Positions 20,739 to 32,605 of a stretch of DNA of 64,000 nucleotides are shown here, piece by piece. This DNA comes from Gammaproteobacteria bacterium (GTDB lineage: Bacteria; Pseudomonadota; Gammaproteobacteria; Chromatiales; Chromatiaceae). Below the pieces are notes generated by a model. It was given only the letters and a program-made list of their open reading frames with translations, did no database searches and was not told the DNA's origin. The position numbers and the translations under genes are program-made. The DNA is taken from NCBI GenBank assembly GCA_024510845.1, contig JANEMA010000007.1:514-64513 (forward strand), read 5' to 3'. Within the stretch, counting starts at the first letter, position 1, and every line of letters begins with the position of its first letter.

Positions 20739-20936
20739 TCGAGTCGCATTTCCAGATCTCCTGTAACCGTTCTGTCCATCTTGTGGCGAACCTCTCCGGT
20801 GAGCAGGAAACCCGACAAATCACGTGCTACGAATCCAGACGGCTTACTTGGCTCCTGAACGCGCAGTGCAGCTGGTGCCCACCGCGCCGCTCGGGTAGTC
20901 TGATGCGTTCCCGGTTATGGACGCGCGCGCCCCGCA

Positions 20937-22214
20937 ATGTATGCCTTGTACACCCTTCTGCTGACCCTGACACTGCCGTTTGAGCTGTTATGCCTGCTCT
21001 GGCGCGGCCGTCGTGCACCAGCCTATCGATATCGGCTGCGCGAACGTTTCGGTCGCACCAAAATCTCGCCCGCTGCTGGAGGGACCTGGATCCATGCTGT
21101 ATCAGTGGGCGAGGTGCAGGCCATCGCGCCGCTGGTCCACCTGCTGCTGGAAGCCCACCCGGAGCAGGCGATCACCTTCACCACCACCACCACCACCGGC
21201 TCGGACCAGGTTCGCAGACTGTTCGGTAACCAGGTACTGCATGCCTATATACCCTGGGACTTGCCGTCCTTTCTGACGCGTTTTCTCGACAGGGTCAGAC
21301 CTGCTCGCCTGTTGATGGTCGAAACCGAGATCTGGCCCAATCTGCTGCGCCTGTGCCGTGCACGGGGTATCGAGACGATACTGGCCAACGGCCGACTGTC
21401 GGAGCGCTCCCTTCGAGGCTATCAGCGGCTCGGCGGTTTCGCGCGCAGGGTGTTCGCCGATGTTGATCGGGTGACGGCACAGACCGAGGATGACGCTCGG
21501 CGTTTTCGTCAGGCCGGGGTGCCTGGAGAACGGATCCGGGTGACCGGTAGTGTCAAGTTCGACATAACCATCGCCGCCAGCGTGGTCGAACAGGTGGAGG
21601 TAATGCGCCGTCACTGGGCCAGGCGGCCAGTGTGGATTGCTGCCAGCACCCATGAAGGCGAGGAAGAGATCGCTCTGGCCGCGCATGCACGATTGCTGCG
21701 CCACCTGCCACAGACCCTGCTGATCCTGGTACCGCGCCATCCGGAACGTTTTGACCGCGTGGTCTCCCAGATCATTCGTGCCGGGCACCTGCCGGTTCGA
21801 CGTTCTACCGGGCAGCTGCCGGGCATGGACGACCCCATCTATCTGGCCGATACCATGGGCGAACTGCCGATACTGATCGGAGCGGCGGACGCCGCCTTCA
21901 TCGGAGGCAGCCTGGCACGGACCGGAGGGCACAACATGCTTGAGGCCGCGGTACAGGGTGTGCCGGTCTGCTTCGGGCCGCATACCTTCAACTTTGCGAT
22001 GATCAGCCAAATGCTGCTCGAAGCCGGGGCCGCGCGCGAGATCGGTAATGCCGTGGCGCTGGCGGAAGTGATTGGTGACTGGCTGTCCGACGCCAGCGCA
22101 CGCGCGGCGGCCGGGGAGGCCGGACATGCCCTGGTCGAGCACAACCGGGGAGCCTTGCAAAAACTGTATGCCTTGTTGGAACCGAACGATCCGGAGCGAG
22201 GGAGCATCCCCTGA
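20937..22214 (+). CDS. waaA: Kdo transferase
   Basis: WIHAVSVGE; ETEIWPN; GSVKFD; AASTHEGEE; PRHPERF; GGHNMLE. Confidence 0.95.
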   Translation: MYALYTLLLTLTLPFELLCLLWRGRRAPAYRYRLRERFGRTKISPAAGGTWIHAVSVGEVQAIAPLVHLLLEAHPEQAITFTTTTTTGSDQVRRLFGNQVLHAYIPWDLPSFLTRFLDRVRPARLLMVETEIWPNLLRLCRARGIETILANGRLSERSLRGYQRLGGFARRVFADVDRVTAQTEDDARRFRQAGVPGERIRVTGSVKFDITIAASVVEQVEVMRRHWARRPVWIAASTHEGEEEIALAAHARLLRHLPQTLLILVPRHPERFDRVVSQIIRAGHLPVRRSTGQLPGMDDPIYLADTMGELPILIGAADAAFIGGSLARTGGHNMLEAAVQGVPVCFGPHTFNFAMISQMLLEAGAAREIGNAVALAEVIGDWLSDASARAAAGEAGHALVEHNRGALQKLYALLEPNDPERGSIP

Positions 22215-22250
22215 TTGGGAGGCCCGTCCCTGAGCTGAAAGATCTCTCGA

Positions 22251-22540
22251 TCAAGTTGCCATCTGTGAGTCGACCTCGCGCGCCCAACCCCCGGCACCAC
22301 CGACAAGATCGATGACGTGGCGAGAGCCCGGCTCTCCAGACAGCTCACCACTCGGCGGCTGTGGATGCCATGGTGACGATCACCACGATATCCTGCCCGG
22401 GATCAGCAGTTTCAGCCCAAGCCCGGATTCCATTCAAGATGACCGATGGCATGTTCCCAGGGTTCTCTCACGCCGAGCAACCATGGCCGGACATTCATGC
22501 AGCCAGACGACCAGTTTTCACGAGGAGCGAGATTTCTCAA
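22251..22540 (-). pseudogene. Rhodanese-domain protein, frameshifted
   Basis: LLGVREPWEHAIGH; HHGIHSRRVVSCLERAG; GGAGGWAREVDSQMAT in different frames; overlaps the pcm stop. Confidence 0.7.
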
Positions 22541-23196
22541 AAGACGAAATGCTCCGGCTGTGGGGCATTTTTCAACGGCGGCAACAGAGTCTCGCACAAT
22601 CCCTTGCGCAGCAGGGTGCCGTCTTCAGCGCGTGTCACCAGAATGGCACACATCACCGGTGGCTCCCCTTTGACCTGGAACATTCGGCCACCGGGTGCGA
22701 GCAGGCGTTCGAGTCTTTCGCTGAGTTGGGGCAACGAACCGGTAACCGCAATCACATCGAAGCCACCCTCGGGCAGGTCGGTGGCGAAGATGTCGTCGGT
22801 CACCAGTTCGGCATCGATACCCAGCTCGGCCAGGCGCTCGGTGGCACGGATGCCCTGTTCGGAATCGATCTCGTAACTGGTGACCTTGCTTCCGAGATGG
22901 ACGAGGCAGGCAGTGACGAAGCCACTGCCAGTGCCGATCTCGAGCGCCCGATCGCCCGGCTGCACGTCCAGCGCCTGCAACATGATGCCTTCCTGCAGCG
23001 GTTTCATCATGACCTCGCCATTGGGCAACGGCAGATGAGTGTCGGCGAAAGCCAGGGGGCGCTGCTCCTCATCCACGAAATGCTCACGGGGAATGATCTT
23101 GAAGGCCTCGAGTACCCGCTCATCAATGACATCGCACGGGCGGATCTGTTGTTCCACCATGTTGAAACGGGCCTTGTCGGTGTTCGGTGCCAGCAT
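22537..23196 (-). CDS. pcm: Protein-L-isoaspartate O-methyltransferase
   Basis: ARFNMVEQQIRP; ALEIGTGSGF; GGRMF. Confidence 0.9.
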   Translation of the reverse strand: MLAPNTDKARFNMVEQQIRPCDVIDERVLEAFKIIPREHFVDEEQRPLAFADTHLPLPNGEVMMKPLQEGIMLQALDVQPGDRALEIGTGSGFVTACLVHLGSKVTSYEIDSEQGIRATERLAELGIDAELVTDDIFATDLPEGGFDVIAVTGSLPQLSERLERLLAPGGRMFQVKGEPPVMCAILVTRAEDGTLLRKGLCETLLPPLKNAPQPEHFVF

Positions 23197-23438
23197 GCCT
23201 ATCTCCCGGTGCAGTTGTAGTGAAATCGCGCCAAGCCTACAGGGAAATCCCGACAGCGGGCAAGCAAAGGGGGGCAACACCCGCCCCAGGGACGTACATT
23301 TGCAGCAGCAATGGTGTCTCTGGGGAAGATTGTATGGCCCGGAACGGAATCGCCCTTCTCCATGTCTCTGTGATACGTGTTCACGGTGGACGATGGACTA
23401 TGTCGCGCAGGCAATTCCGAGTAGACTTCCCGGGAAAG

Positions 23439-25468
<2,030 letters not shown>

Positions 25469-25609
25469 CGGCTGTTTGAGGAACACCTGATACTCTGCCC
25501 AACCGACCTGCTGTACATGCCGCACAGCCAGTTCACCCGCACGCGCCACGAAGCCAGGCGAGACCTGAGGACAGGGAAATCGTGAAGGGCACAAAGATTT
25601 TCCGGACCA

Positions 25610-25899
25610 GCCAGGCACTGACGTGATCAGCGCGCACGGACCGCAGCAGATGACCCAGATCAGGGTCTGTTCGATGTCGGTGGTCTTGGATGGACTGGTG
25701 ATCAGTAAAACATTGGTGGGCAGACCTTGTACCAGACTCAGGGCACGGATTGCTGTCGCCAGGTCGGCATGCAAATGTACGGCATCCAGTCAGTACGATG
25801 TGCAATGGTTGCACCAACGACAGCGGCCGGGGACTTCTCGGGGCCGGGCCAGATGGTCAGGCTGCCGGTCGCAGCAATCGCTCCCCTGCAACCGGTGAT
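25610..25899 (-). pseudogene. LUD-domain (LutC/YkgG-like) relic
   Basis: GAIAATGSLTIWP / LSLVQPLHIVL / PTNVLLITSPSKTTDIEQTL across three frames. Confidence 0.7.
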
Positions 25900-25903
25900 A
25901 CGG

Positions 25904-26251
25904 TCATCGGTCGGGCGTCAGGCGATGACGCAGTCGAGTGAAGGCCTTCTGCAACTGGCGCAGAGCCTGGGCGCTGGCGTCGGCGTCCAGGCCACTGCCA
26001 ATGATGATGTCGCTCAGCTCACGGGCGAAGGACTCCATTGCCTGTTCCAGCTGCTCCAGCGGAAGCGAAACAGGGCCTGGCGGTGGGATGCCGGGTGCGG
26101 ATGCGGTCTCCAGTGGCTCGATTATGGCCGAGCGAGGTACCAGTCGCCGTTTCCCGCCCTCGACAGGGTCGGCTTGCAGCGGCATGGATTTCACCCAGGT
26201 CCGCCCCTGCCATGCAAGGCATTGTCCAATGACGAGTTGCGAGAATTTCAT
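25904..26251 (-). CDS. Hypothetical protein
   Basis: 115-aa ORF starting MKFSQLVIGQ; plausible composition. Confidence 0.65.
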   Translation of the reverse strand: MKFSQLVIGQCLAWQGRTWVKSMPLQADPVEGGKRRLVPRSAIIEPLETASAPGIPPPGPVSLPLEQLEQAMESFARELSDIIIGSGLDADASAQALRQLQKAFTRLRHRLTPDR

Positions 26252-26422
26252 GGTGATATTGTAGTCGGCGGGTTTGTGCGGGCGCTATGCTTGCACGCCA
26301 TGAACAGCTCCCCATTCAGCAAGTTAATCCGTCTCGATCGCCTGCTGGCGTAAGCCATCGGTTTGACGCGGTGTGCCCGGACTGCAACCATCGACAGATT
26401 CGGAAGGGTGAGAGAGGTCGTT

Positions 26423-26878
26423 GTGACGAGAACCTTGTTACTCCTGGGGGGCGTGCTGTTGCTGGGGCTGGCCGGTTTTTTTGGTGCACGGTATCTGTCG
26501 GTGCCTGAAGCGGCGCCACGCATCGGGCAGATGCTGGCCTGCAATCTTTCGGATGGACCCTGCCGGCATGCGTTGCCTGATGGTGCAGTGCTGACACTGA
26601 CACTGACGCCCAACCCCGTGCCATTGATGCAGCCAATGCATGTGATGGTGACCATCGACCAGAGTGACTGGCGACCGCTGGCCGGCGATATCACCGGGCT
26701 GAACATGACAATGGCCCCCAATCACGTGCGACTGGAGTCTGCGGGACTGGGGCGCTGGGAAGGCGAAACTATCCTGCCGGTATGCAGTCGAGGACAGATG
26801 CATTGGCAATTCTCCCTGCGTCTCGAAGGTGGTGGGCGAAACTGGCGAATTCTCGACGATTTTCATACCCGACGTTGA
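26423..26878 (+). CDS. Membrane-anchored hypothetical protein (possibly YtkA-like Ig fold)
   Basis: N-terminal TM, CxxxxxxC, ITGLNMTM, ILPVC; GAGAGG RBS before GTG. Confidence 0.65.
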   Translation: MTRTLLLLGGVLLLGLAGFFGARYLSVPEAAPRIGQMLACNLSDGPCRHALPDGAVLTLTLTPNPVPLMQPMHVMVTIDQSDWRPLAGDITGLNMTMAPNHVRLESAGLGRWEGETILPVCSRGQMHWQFSLRLEGGGRNWRILDDFHTRR

Positions 26879-26923
26879 TCAACTGGGAAGCGAGACTCTT
26901 GACAAGCTGGCGGAGAAAGCGGA

Positions 26924-27232
26924 ATGGACAAGCTACTCATCGCGATGATCTGTGCCGTCCTGTTGGCTCGCGCAAACCATGCCAGCGCAGCGGATCTGGC
27001 CGTGGGCAAGACGTACTTCGTGGTCTGTTCAGGTTGCCACGGGCCGGATGGGGCGGGCAACGCCGCCTTGGGGTATCCACCACTTGCCGGCCGCGACGCG
27101 GGCTATGTCGCCGAACAACTACGGGCCTTCAAGTCCGGCAAGCGTGACAACGCCACCATGCGTGCCATGGCCAGGGGCCTGAGCGATACCGACATCGACA
27201 ACCTTGCGACTTATGTCGCCACCCTCCAGTAG
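26924..27232 (+). CDS. Monohaem class I cytochrome c
   Basis: Signal peptide; CSGCH; YPPLAG..YVAEQL..M axial ligand. Confidence 0.9.
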   Translation: MDKLLIAMICAVLLARANHASAADLAVGKTYFVVCSGCHGPDGAGNAALGYPPLAGRDAGYVAEQLRAFKSGKRDNATMRAMARGLSDTDIDNLATYVATLQ

Positions 27233-27286
27233 AAGGTCCTTGAGGTGAACAGACCGACGTATGGCGTGCGCGAGATCACGTGTGGA

Positions 27287-27316
27287 TTGGCAGTTACATC
27301 AGAACTTCCTTATAAT
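27287..27316 (+). promoter_or_regulatory. Sigma70-like promoter for cytochrome c4
   Basis: TTGGCA-18 nt-TATAAT. Confidence 0.55.
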
Positions 27317-27363
27317 TACAGGATGATCTGCCAATCCGGTTTTTTGATTTTGTGGGGAAAGCC

Positions 27364-27969
27364 ATGAAAAAACTATTGTTCGTCGTATCCATGATCTCTT
27401 GTGTGGTCGCCGCACCGGCCATGTCCGCAGGTGACGCCACTGCCGGTCAGGCCAAGTCCGGCACCTGTGCCGGCTGTCACGGCACGGACGGAAACAGCGT
27501 GGCGCCCAATTTCCCCAAGCTCGCAGGTCAGCACGAAAACTACCTGTTCAAGCAGTTGCATGACTTCAAGAACGGCAAGCGCAAGGATCCCACCATGGCA
27601 GCCATGGTGGCACCACTAAGCGAACAGGACATGACCAACCTGGCTGCCTATTTCTCCAGCCAGAAGGTCAAGCCGGGCGAGACCGCCGAAGACAGGCTGG
27701 AGCTGGGTCAGACGATCTATCGCGCCGGCAACGCCACCTCCGGCGTGGCAGCCTGCACAGCCTGTCATTCGCCCACCGGGGCCGGCAACCCGCAAGCGAA
27801 GTTTCCCGCGCTGAAGGGTCAGCATGCCGGTTATGTGGTGAAACAGCTCAAGGACTTCCGCAGTGGTACGCGCAGCAACGATGCCGGTTCCATGATGCGC
27901 GGTATAGCCAGCAAGCTGACCGACACGGAGATCGAAGCAGTCGCCCAGTACGTCCAGGGCCTGCAGTGA
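27364..27969 (+). CDS. Dihaem cytochrome c4
   Basis: Signal peptide; CAGCH and CTACH; FPKLAGQH and FPALKGQH. Confidence 0.93.
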   Translation: MKKLLFVVSMISCVVAAPAMSAGDATAGQAKSGTCAGCHGTDGNSVAPNFPKLAGQHENYLFKQLHDFKNGKRKDPTMAAMVAPLSEQDMTNLAAYFSSQKVKPGETAEDRLELGQTIYRAGNATSGVAACTACHSPTGAGNPQAKFPALKGQHAGYVVKQLKDFRSGTRSNDAGSMMRGIASKLTDTEIEAVAQYVQGLQ

Positions 27970-28003
27970 TCCGGCGATCCACTCACATCACGCTGAGTTG
28001 AAG

Positions 28004-28028
28004 AGGCGGCCTCTAGGCCGCCTTTTTT
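28004..28028 (+). terminator. Rho-independent terminator
   Basis: AGGCGGCC-tcta-GGCCGCCT-TTTTT. Confidence 0.85.
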
Positions 28029-28166
28029 GTGTGAGCGGCCAGAGATGGCTGGAACTCCGGGCGGGACCGGGGTTCCAAGGCAATGATCCGCCCCGGAAAG
28101 CCGGCTAAACTTGGTCGGCAGGATCCTGGAACGGGCAACGAGAACCGAAATTAGGGAGTCGAAAAC

Positions 28167-28808
28167 GTGAAACATCTGGCAAAGCTTCTGTTCGCATCCA
28201 CGCTACTGTTTCTGGCATCGCTTGCCATGGCAGTCGAGTTCGAGGAGAACACCCACTACGAGGCGCTGCTGCCCGAACCACCAGTGGGCAAGCCCGGTGA
28301 CAAGATCGAGATCATCGAGTTCTTCATGTGGACCTGCCCCCACTGCTATCACTTCGAACCCTTCATCAGGGATTGGTTGCCCAACAAGCCCGATGGCGTG
28401 GAATTCATGCGCGTGCCTGCCATGTTCGGTGGCATCGCCAATCTGCATGCCAAGGTCTACTATGCCTTGCAGGCCATGGGAGAACTGGATCGGGTACATG
28501 TCGCCTTTTTCAACGAGATCCACGAAAAACGCAACCGCCTCGAGGACCAGGATGCCATCGAGGCCTTCCTTCGCGGACAGAAGGTGGATATCGACAAGTT
28601 TCGTCAAGCCATGAACTCCTTTGCTGTGGCCACGCGCACCAACCGGGCGGCTGCGCTGATGCGTCGTTACGGGGTGCGTGCTGTACCTTCGCTGGTGATC
28701 GACGGCCGTTACCGCAGTGGACGTGGACTGGACTTTGAAGGAATGATCAAGCTGGCCGATTTCCTGGTGGATCGCGTTCACAGGGAACGCCAGGAAGAAA
28801 GTGAATGA
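28167..28808 (+). CDS. dsbA: Thiol:disulfide interchange protein DsbA
   Basis: EFFMWTCPHCYHFEP; GVRAVPSLVIDGRY. Confidence 0.92.
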   Translation: MKHLAKLLFASTLLFLASLAMAVEFEENTHYEALLPEPPVGKPGDKIEIIEFFMWTCPHCYHFEPFIRDWLPNKPDGVEFMRVPAMFGGIANLHAKVYYALQAMGELDRVHVAFFNEIHEKRNRLEDQDAIEAFLRGQKVDIDKFRQAMNSFAVATRTNRAAALMRRYGVRAVPSLVIDGRYRSGRGLDFEGMIKLADFLVDRVHRERQEESE

Positions 28809-28813
28809 CATAG

Positions 28814-29620
28814 ATGAACAGACCGGAAACCGTCAGTATCGACATGCCTTCCAGCCTGAGCGCTGGTCAGCGCCTGCGTCTGCTGAGTTACAACATCCAG
28901 GCCGGGATCGATACCAGCCAGTTTCGGGACTATCTGACCAAGGGCTGGCGACATGTGCTGCCCAGCCGGCATCGCATCCACAATCTGGACAGGATCGCAC
29001 AGATGCTGCGTGGTTACGATCTGGTGGGGCTCCAGGAAGTCGATGCCGGCAGTCTGCGCAGTGGGTTTCTCGACATGACCGAGTATCTGGCGAACCATGC
29101 CGGCTATCCCTACTGGTATCGGCAGGTCAACCGCGACATCGGTATGATCGCACAGAATAGCAACGGCTTTCTGAGCCGTCTGGCGCCGACCCGGGTCAGC
29201 AAGTATCGCCTGCCTCCTGGCAATGGCCGTGGTGCCATGGTGCTGGAATTCGGCGAGGGTGACGATGCCTTGCATGTCTGCACCTTGCACTTGGCGCTGA
29301 CGCGGCGGCACCGAAGACGCCAGCTCGACTTTGTGGCCAAACGTCTGCGTCATGCCGAACACGTGGTGGTGATGGGAGATCTCAACACCAGTTGTGATAC
29401 CACCGAATTCCGGTATTTCGTCGAGCACAACGGCCTGCGCGAACCGGGGTGCAGCAAGCCGACCTTCCCCAGCTGGCGTCCGGTGCGACGTATCGACCAT
29501 ATCCTGGTCTCCGGTTCCCTGCAGGTGCTCAATGCCCGGGTACTCGACTACCCGCTAAGTGACCACCTCCCCGTGTGTGTGGAGTTGCTGATCCCCGAAC
29601 GTATCCATCTGGCTGCCTGA
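28814..29620 (+). CDS. Endonuclease/exonuclease/phosphatase family protein
   Basis: LLSYNIQ; LQEVD; MGDLN; RIDHIL; SDHLP. Confidence 0.9.
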   Translation: MNRPETVSIDMPSSLSAGQRLRLLSYNIQAGIDTSQFRDYLTKGWRHVLPSRHRIHNLDRIAQMLRGYDLVGLQEVDAGSLRSGFLDMTEYLANHAGYPYWYRQVNRDIGMIAQNSNGFLSRLAPTRVSKYRLPPGNGRGAMVLEFGEGDDALHVCTLHLALTRRHRRRQLDFVAKRLRHAEHVVVMGDLNTSCDTTEFRYFVEHNGLREPGCSKPTFPSWRPVRRIDHILVSGSLQVLNARVLDYPLSDHLPVCVELLIPERIHLAA

Positions 29621-29627
29621 GGTTGCC

Positions 29628-30118
29628 ATGAGTGATCAGGAAAAAATGGCGTGATCACCTGCCATCTGCGGCTGGCCGAGCAGATCGATGACGAAAATGA
29701 AGCGCCGCCAGGAGGCCAAGTGCGAACTGTTGCACCTGGTCTCGCACCTGTGCGTGGCCACCGCAGGCCTCGACCCACGTCATGGTGGCCATCCATGCAT
29801 CGCGATATCGAAGACTTCAGCGTCTTCCCGGCCCAGCTCAGCGAGTGTCTTGAGACATTGGAATACTGTATGGTCGGCAACAGCGAGCGCCGCCGCGCTT
29901 CGCGCGAGAACGGGATGCGTCTGGAGCACGCAGTGAACAGCGAGGTCCGGGGCTATCTGCCAAGCATGGGGGAAAGCCAAGGGCTGTCGCAGCCAGGTGA
30001 ACAGGTCGAGCAGTTGTTCGAACGTGCGGGTTAGGCCATGTACCAAACCAAGCACACCGGCAAGAACCGCTGTGTGTTGGCCGATCCACCAGCTGGTACG
30101 AAGTACGCAGCGCCTGAA
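29628..30118 (+). pseudogene. Diguanylate cyclase relic (internal deletion and stops)
   Basis: N-terminal helical remnants (LVSHLCVATAGLDPR) and terminal VEQLFERAG*AMYQTKHTGKNRCVLA; GGDEF core missing; usual neighbour of the EEP gene. Confidence 0.65.
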
Positions 30119-30682
30119 TCAGGGCGCTTCGCTCATGGCTGCCCAACCGTAGCGCCAATCGCTTCCTGTGGCCTCGCGCAGTACCGAGAGCAGCCGGTCG
30201 CTGGGTGTGGCCTCACCGGGGAACACGTTGCGCAACTCCACCAGCAGTCGCCCGATCGCGGTCTGTTTCCGCCAATCGAGATCGATAGCCCGGCAGGTCA
30301 CCTCGCAGGCAGGGCATGGTTGTGCCGAGAGAGGCGCAGTAGCGCGCACGCGCCAGTCATCGAGGCGGGTACGACAACTCGGGCAACGTGGCCAGCCAGT
30401 CCGGGAACCGGTGAAAAGACGGGGGGCCGGCAGTGGACCGTGCAGGACGAGGTGGCAGAAGTCGCGATCATCGGTGTGTGTGGGTTCGAAGCGCAAGTGT
30501 GGCGAGCAGCCAGCGAAGATCACCTCGCGCACAAAGCCATCGCCGGCATGAAATACCCTCTTGTCCAGCGCCTCGGTCAGTGGTTTTCCGGCGATTTGCA
30601 GTGCCTCGATAACGCCAAGCACCGGGGCCAAGTCGGGCGCATCCTCGGGAAGGACGGGAAACAGGTACAGGCTACCGTTCAT
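30119..30682 (-). CDS. Hypothetical protein with two CxxC pairs
   Basis: FAGCSPHL; CPSC; CPAC; VFPGEATPS. Confidence 0.75.
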   Translation of the reverse strand: MNGSLYLFPVLPEDAPDLAPVLGVIEALQIAGKPLTEALDKRVFHAGDGFVREVIFAGCSPHLRFEPTHTDDRDFCHLVLHGPLPAPRLFTGSRTGWPRCPSCRTRLDDWRVRATAPLSAQPCPACEVTCRAIDLDWRKQTAIGRLLVELRNVFPGEATPSDRLLSVLREATGSDWRYGWAAMSEAP

Positions 30683-30716
30683 GTGCACATTCTACTGCAG
30701 GTAGAATGTGCACATG
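30680..30716. promoter_or_regulatory. Perfect 16-bp inverted repeat carrying both divergent start codons
   Basis: CATGTGCACATTCTAC-tgcag-GTAGAATGTGCACATG. Confidence 0.8.
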
Positions 30717-30953
30717 AAATGCTTTCTCATCGCGCTGGTGCGCATCTACCAGCTGTTGATCAGCCCGATACTGGGCAACAACTGCCGTTACTACCCGAGT
30801 TGCTCGGCCTACACCATCGAGGCAATGGAAAAATGGGGATCATTGCATGGCCTGTGGCTGGGCATCCGCCGTGTCGCGCGTTGCCACCCGTGGCGCGAAG
30901 GTGGAGTGGATCCGGTACCCGAACCGCCGGAGAAGGCACATCGCCATGATTGA
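30714..30953 (+). CDS. yidD: Membrane protein insertion efficiency factor
   Basis: [29 protein letters not shown]. Confidence 0.93.
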   Translation: MKCFLIALVRIYQLLISPILGNNCRYYPSCSAYTIEAMEKWGSLHGLWLGIRRVARCHPWREGGVDPVPEPPEKAHRHD

Positions 30954-31480
30954 TCTGCCGGCGTTCTGGCGGGATTGCGCCGTCTTTACTGAGGTCTTCG
31001 GCAACGGGCTGGAGTGCATGCCGACAAGTCAGGGGCTGGAGGATCTTCATCCTGGTGTTGGCCGATACCACCCATGAACCGGCCTTGCACGAGCGCCTGT
31101 GACAAGCATCGGCGACACGTTTCGTACAGCATCGCCACGTACTGCGTGGGACGCTGGCGGATGGCGCGCGTCCGGTGAATGCCGAGGACGACGTGGCGGT
31201 GTTCCTGCGCCTTACCCTGTTGAACTCAATACCTTGGCCCGTGACCAAATCGCGTGCGACAGGTCCCTGACGGCTACAATACAACCTGCTGCGTTGCCTG
31301 TGCCCATCACGCATGGCTGATGCCGTGATCGACAGCCTGCAAAAGCCCGTCGATCCGGTGGGTTTCCATTTCGACCAACCCTTTCTGCGCAGGGAAATCC
31401 TCCGGGAAGGCCAGCTGGAGGGGCAATCCTTCCGCCTGCTCCACAACAAGTTTCCTTTTGCGCCGCTGCATGGTCTCGGA
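30946..31480 (+). pseudogene. Disrupted hypothetical gene
   Basis: ATG overlaps the yidD stop; coding-like fragments in several frames (DDVAVFLRL; GFHFDQPFL; LLHNKFPFAPLHGL) cut off at the htpX 3' end. Confidence 0.55.
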
Positions 31481-31486
31481 GGCCCA

Positions 31487-32353
31487 TCAGAGCAGGCGTT
31501 CGAGCGCAGCAATGCGGTCCCCGACAGGTGGATGGCTGGCGAACAGTTCGCGTACCCTGCCGCCCGCGATACCGAAGGCAGCCATCTCGTCGGGCAGAGG
31601 CGCAGTATGCGCCTGTTGCAGGCGGCGTAGTGCCGAGATCATCTTGAACTTGCCGGCCAATCGCGCAGCGCCGGCATCGGCGCGGTATTCGCGCCAGCGC
31701 GAGAACCACATCACTATCATCGAAGCGAGGATGCCCAGCACCACCTGGGCCACCATAGAGGTGATGAAGAAGCCGATACCATGACCGCGTTCGTTCTTGA
31801 GGATCACCCGATCGACGACATGGCCAACCACTCGTGATAGAAACACGACGAAGGTGTTGACCACACCCTGGATCAGGGTGAGGGTAACCATGTCACCATT
31901 GGTCACGTGGCTGATCTCGTGTGCCAGCACCGCCTCGATCTCGTCGCGGTTCATGGTCTCGAGCAGGCCGGTGGAGACGGCTACCAGAGCATCGTCCTTG
32001 TTCCAGCCGGTGGCGAAGGCGTTCGGCAGTCCTTCGAAGACACCAACCTCTGGCATGCCGATGCCCACCCTCTGAGCCTGCCGGGCAACGGTATCCACCA
32101 GCCAATGCTCGACCTCGTTGACAGGCTGCTCGATGATCTGCACACCCATGCCCTGCTTGGCCATAAACTTGGACATGAACAGAGAGATCAGCGAACCCGA
32201 AAAACCGATGATGGCCGAGTAGATCAGCAGGGCGTTGAGATCGAGATCGACCCGGTTGGCGACCAGAAGGTCATTGATGCCGAGCAGGCGGAACACCAGA
32301 CTGATGACCACCAACACGGCCACGTTGGTCACAAGAAACAGAAGCACACGCAC
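31487..32353 (-). CDS. htpX: Heat-shock zinc protease HtpX
   Basis: PNAFATG; AVLAHEISH; NGDMVT; FSRWREYRADAGAA; SHPP. Confidence 0.96.
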   Translation of the reverse strand: MRVLLFLVTNVAVLVVISLVFRLLGINDLLVANRVDLDLNALLIYSAIIGFSGSLISLFMSKFMAKQGMGVQIIEQPVNEVEHWLVDTVARQAQRVGIGMPEVGVFEGLPNAFATGWNKDDALVAVSTGLLETMNRDEIEAVLAHEISHVTNGDMVTLTLIQGVVNTFVVFLSRVVGHVVDRVILKNERGHGIGFFITSMVAQVVLGILASMIVMWFSRWREYRADAGAARLAGKFKMISALRRLQQAHTAPLPDEMAAFGIAGGRVRELFASHPPVGDRIAALERLL

Positions 32354-32605
32354 GTCGTTTTCTCCGAATGTGAAGTTGCGCCCAATGTGCGGTTTCAGGG
32401 AGCGAAGTTCAAGTGGGTCGCGAGACCTCCATCACCGGCAGGCGGTCGATGTGGCAGACGTCCCCCTGGCAGGCAAAGGCCACCGGGCCGAACAGAACGT
32501 CGGTAATTGTCCAGGACAGGACCATGGTGCCCCAGGCAACACGCTTGGCGCGGGCAGGCTGATGTTCCTCTCAACAACGCATCGGGTATCCAAAGCCGAG
32601 CCTAG

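Noticed and set aside
32375-32415. Sigma32 promoter for htpX
   Set aside because: A CTTGAA is present but there is no convincing CCCCAT at the right spacing.
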